Source of the DNA: Candidatus Bathyarchaeia archaeon
Lineage (GTDB): Archaea; Thermoproteota; Bathyarchaeia; Bathyarchaeales; Bathycorpusculaceae
Length of the DNA stretch: 64,000 bases
NCBI GenBank assembly: GCA_050015395.1
Contig: JBEKBM010000006.1
Span: forward strand, 1 to 64,000
Direction: 5' to 3'
Shown: positions 60,872 to 64,000 of the stretch, piece by piece
How positions within the stretch are numbered: the first letter of the stretch is position 1
Layout of the letters: each line of letters begins with the position of its first letter
Translations under genes and position numbers: made by a program
The notes under the pieces: generated by a model
Databases searched by the model: none
The model's input: only the letters and a program-made list of their open reading frames with translations
Told to the model about the DNA's origin: nothing

Positions 60872-61795
60872 TTAGCTTTCTTTAAGCGGCAACTCCAATT
60901 CCATAAAATCCTCAGCCACAACTGCGTTTGCAAACACTTTTTTCGCCTGCTCCAAAAGCAAAGTGGCATCAGGATACCTAGCGCTAATATGCGTTAAAAC
61001 CAGCCGCTTAGCATTAGCCGCCTTCGCTTCCTGCGCCGCTTGACTTGGAGTTGAATGCCCATCCAGTGCTGCTTTCTCGGCTAGTGAATCGTCAAAGGTG
61101 CTCTCGTGAATAACCAGATCTGCATCTGCGGCAAACTTTGCAAACGCTTCGAAGGGTCGGGTGTCGCCAGTGTAAACTATTTTCCGTCCAGCTCGAGGTG
61201 GCCCCATCACGTCGCTTGGCTTAACCACTCTGCCGTCTGGCAGTGTGATTTCTTCTCCACTCTGAAGCTTGGACCATAATTCACCTTGGGGAACTTCGAG
61301 TGCTTGGGCTTTTTTGGGGTAAAACTTTCCAGGGCGCGGTTTTTCCACAAATGCGTAAGCGTAACTGTCCACGGCATGGTTAGACCTGGCGGCTGTTAGG
61401 GTGTAGTCTTCTTCATCTAGAATTGTGCCTTCGCTTAGAATCTCGTTGATTTCGACTGGGAACGTTAAGCCAAAATTGAGGGTTTCTTTGGTGCAAACCA
61501 GAAAATCCTTAATCCCTGGCGGCCCGTACACAGCGACTGGCTCTTTACGGTCCATCAAAGCCATCGTCTGCAAAACGCCTGGCAAACCCAACACGTGGTC
61601 CCCATGCAAATGGGTAAGAAACACTTTTAGTTTTTTGTGGAAGCTTACTTTTGCCTGCATCATTTGCCGCTGCGTGTTTTCGCCGCAGTCAAACATCCAC
61701 AGCTCCCTTGGACATTGGACAACGACAGATGGCAAGCTCCGCTTTAGGGTTGGTACGCTGCCGCTTGTTCCCAAAAACACCACGCGAATACTCAC
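60872..61795 (-). CDS. rnz: Ribonuclease Z
   Basis: FLGTSGSVPT..R, DCGE, THLHGDH, GP-clamp, TGDT, HEST, HST, THISARY. Confidence 0.96.
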   Translation of the reverse strand: MSIRVVFLGTSGSVPTLKRSLPSVVVQCPRELWMFDCGENTQRQMMQAKVSFHKKLKVFLTHLHGDHVLGLPGVLQTMALMDRKEPVAVYGPPGIKDFLVCTKETLNFGLTFPVEINEILSEGTILDEEDYTLTAARSNHAVDSYAYAFVEKPRPGKFYPKKAQALEVPQGELWSKLQSGEEITLPDGRVVKPSDVMGPPRAGRKIVYTGDTRPFEAFAKFAADADLVIHESTFDDSLAEKAALDGHSTPSQAAQEAKAANAKRLVLTHISARYPDATLLLEQAKKVFANAVVAEDFMELELPLKES

Positions 61796-62842
61796 TTAGT
61801 CATGCACCTTCTCGAACACTGCGATTTCCCTTGTTAACGTTCTATGTACGTAGGCGAAATGGGACTCCACATGCCTATATCCCAATGCTATGCCTAACGC
61901 TTTAATGTTTAATGTTTTAGGCGAAGCAATACAAATCCGTTGCCCCGCCCCCAACAAGCCATGCGCCGAAGCCAAAACCTCCTGCACCAACTGCTTAGTC
62001 GTCGACCGAAGCGTGCTCGATGAACGGCCATACGGCGGATCCGTAACAACGCAATCAACCCTAGTGAACGGCAACTGGCGTGCGTCAGCCCAGATTAAAC
62101 CTTCAGGCGAGATATTGAAGTGTCGCAGGTTTTTTTTGCAACCCAAAACCATCCTCCTTTGAGCATCAACCCCTAAAGCTCGGCAACCGATGTAGGTGGC
62201 TTCAATAAGCGAAGTGCCCGTGCCACAGAACGGGTCCAGCACCAAATCTTCAGCTTTCGCATGCGCCAAATTCACCATGCAACGGGCAAGCTTGGATGGC
62301 ATCGCTGACGGGTGGAAGAACGGTTTTCTGCGTGGCCTGCGCTCAGAGAAGGTTTTGGTTTGAATTTCGGTAAGCTTTAAGCCAAAAACGAGTTTTTCGT
62401 CTGTTACTATGCCTATGAAGGTTTTATCTGGGCTTTTGAGGTTAACTTTTGTGGCTTCTGTGCGTTGCAGTATTATTTTTCCCAGTTTTCCCTCAAGCCT
62501 CATTGTGTTGATGGCTTGGTCAGCGTAGTTTTTTATGCGGTTTATCCGCACCGAGAAACTCTCGCCGGGTTTTAGGACAGATTTGAAGTCTATGTTGCCT
62601 GCGGCTTCAGCGATGTCTATTTCGGTGGCGTCTGATTTGAAGAGCTCCAAGGCGCAAAGTCTCGTGAACGCGGCTCTAACATGCACCGCTTGGACGCTGC
62701 CCAGCTCTGCTTCTAACCGTAGGGTTTGGTCGAGGACTTCAGCGTTCGCATATGGGTAGCCTTCGGCTTCCAGTATTGCTTTGACTTCCGCAGCAGGCAG
62801 CGACTCGCTTTCGCCTGACAAGAGGAAAAACAGTTTAGCCAA
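61796..62842 (-). CDS. trm11: tRNA m2G10 methyltransferase (THUMP + MTase)
   Basis: LSGE...L..AE, KPFFHP, DPFCGTG, TDPPYG, VHRTLTR. Confidence 0.9.
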   Translation of the reverse strand: MAKLFFLLSGESESLPAAEVKAILEAEGYPYANAEVLDQTLRLEAELGSVQAVHVRAAFTRLCALELFKSDATEIDIAEAAGNIDFKSVLKPGESFSVRINRIKNYADQAINTMRLEGKLGKIILQRTEATKVNLKSPDKTFIGIVTDEKLVFGLKLTEIQTKTFSERRPRRKPFFHPSAMPSKLARCMVNLAHAKAEDLVLDPFCGTGTSLIEATYIGCRALGVDAQRRMVLGCKKNLRHFNISPEGLIWADARQLPFTRVDCVVTDPPYGRSSSTLRSTTKQLVQEVLASAHGLLGAGQRICIASPKTLNIKALGIALGYRHVESHFAYVHRTLTREIAVFEKVHD

Positions 62843-63724
62843 CTATTTTTGCGCCTTAAGTTCTTGGCTTATCAGCGGCGCTAACGAAACCTTGCTTACG
62901 CTGCCGGGTACGCTGTCGGTTCCCACAATTTCCTCCACGCCCGCGTCAAGTATGCGTTTTTCTGCATCGCCAATTAGCAAGCCATGCACGCAAGCGCAGA
63001 AAACATGTTTGGCGCCCTGTTCGCGGAGGATTTTTGCTGCTCCCACAATTGTGCCGCCTGTGCTAATTATGTCGTCAAAAATGATTACGGTTTGGCCTTT
63101 AACGTTTAAGCCTTCAGCGGTCTGCTTGGTTTGTCCAGTGTAGCGGTCACGCTGCTTATCCAAACTTCCAGCATCGCCGCCTAAAACCTCCTGCGCCTGC
63201 TTCGCAATATACATCGCGCCCTTGTCAGGCGACAATGCAAACGCGCCTTTGAAGCCCTTGTCCACGAAATACTGTGCCAGAAGCGGTATGGCACTCACTG
63301 TTTTGGCTGGAAACGGAAACTGCTTAAGCGCCTCCTCCGAGTGAATATTAACGGTTAAGAGCTCGTCGATTCCAGCAGCCTTCAGCATCCGCGCCACAGT
63401 TTCAACGCTTATGCCTTCGCCCGATAGAAACATCTTGTCCTGACGTGCATAAGCCAAGTAAGGCACAACCGCCGTGACTTTGACGGCGCCGCCTCGTTTT
63501 GCCGCGTCAGCCATGAATGCTAACTGAAAAAGCCTCCCATCCTGCATTGGAGGACACGTAGTCTGCACAATAGCCGCACTTTCGCCTTGAACGCTGCCTT
63601 CCAAACGCACATACGATTCCCCGTCAGGAAAAACCTTGGAAGCAACAGGAACATTCCCAAAGCCAGTTAACGCTGAAACCGCTTCAGCAAGCTCCTTCGA
63701 CGCTGGACCAGAGATAACCTTCAA
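62843..63724 (-). CDS. prs: Ribose-phosphate pyrophosphokinase
   Basis: FPDGE, PYLAYARQDK, SPDKGA, DDIISTGGT. Confidence 0.96.
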   Translation of the reverse strand: MKVISGPASKELAEAVSALTGFGNVPVASKVFPDGESYVRLEGSVQGESAAIVQTTCPPMQDGRLFQLAFMADAAKRGGAVKVTAVVPYLAYARQDKMFLSGEGISVETVARMLKAAGIDELLTVNIHSEEALKQFPFPAKTVSAIPLLAQYFVDKGFKGAFALSPDKGAMYIAKQAQEVLGGDAGSLDKQRDRYTGQTKQTAEGLNVKGQTVIIFDDIISTGGTIVGAAKILREQGAKHVFCACVHGLLIGDAEKRILDAGVEEIVGTDSVPGSVSKVSLAPLISQELKAQK

Positions 63725-64000
63725 TTATGATTCCTCTTGCCTTTAAAATGCAAGTTCAGGTTTTAAGGCTTTATCTATCAAACGCCTTTTCCGATTAAAA
63801 CGCCTTATGATTCTTTACCTGTCTAACAGATTATTTTGTGTATGCCTTCTTCCTTGCTTTTATGTCAGTAACATAAATTGTGTTATCCGATTTATTGACA
63901 AAAAATATTATTCTATACTTGCCGATTCTTAGCCTAAAAGTCTTTTCAACTCCGTGGATTTTCTCAGTGTCCATTTCTCTTAGGCTTAAAGGGTAATCTT

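Overview
Archaeal chromosome segment, most likely Bathyarchaeia. This is inferred from the 16S rRNA 5' end, Cren7, TBP, Spt5, the A/V-type ATPase and the gene style. The first ~23 kb is an accessory region. It holds small stress-type and membrane proteins, a duplicated TrmB unit, a DUF3494 ice-binding-type surface protein, glgB/glgP/pfk/ppdK, plasmid-like small regulators, a Fic protein and a non-autonomous IS6-like element. The rest is mostly housekeeping: metY-metX-metW, a Zn/Mn ABC transporter with a NikR-like regulator, an A1Ao ATPase cluster with atpI inverted, FrhB-CBS, argF, secE-spt5-rpl11-rpl1-rpl10, larA, rimI, pyrE, tbp, Cren7, an Lhr helicase, rnz, trm11 and prs. Four things stand out. 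(1) A promoter element, NNNNCA-(G/T)YYACA-N4-TATA, recurs at a fixed position in the BRE slot before about 9 unrelated stress and carbon genes, suggesting an undescribed regulon. (2) A transposase-less element has 25-bp terminal inverted repeats and a 7/8-bp target duplication, and carries an orphan antitoxin-like gene. (3) An inverted pair of ~150-bp repeats lies 20 kb apart, each with a CTANTAG-N6-CTANTAG recombination-site-like core. (4) Copied promoter blocks drive different passenger genes. All family calls come from motif recognition by eye; no database search was run.
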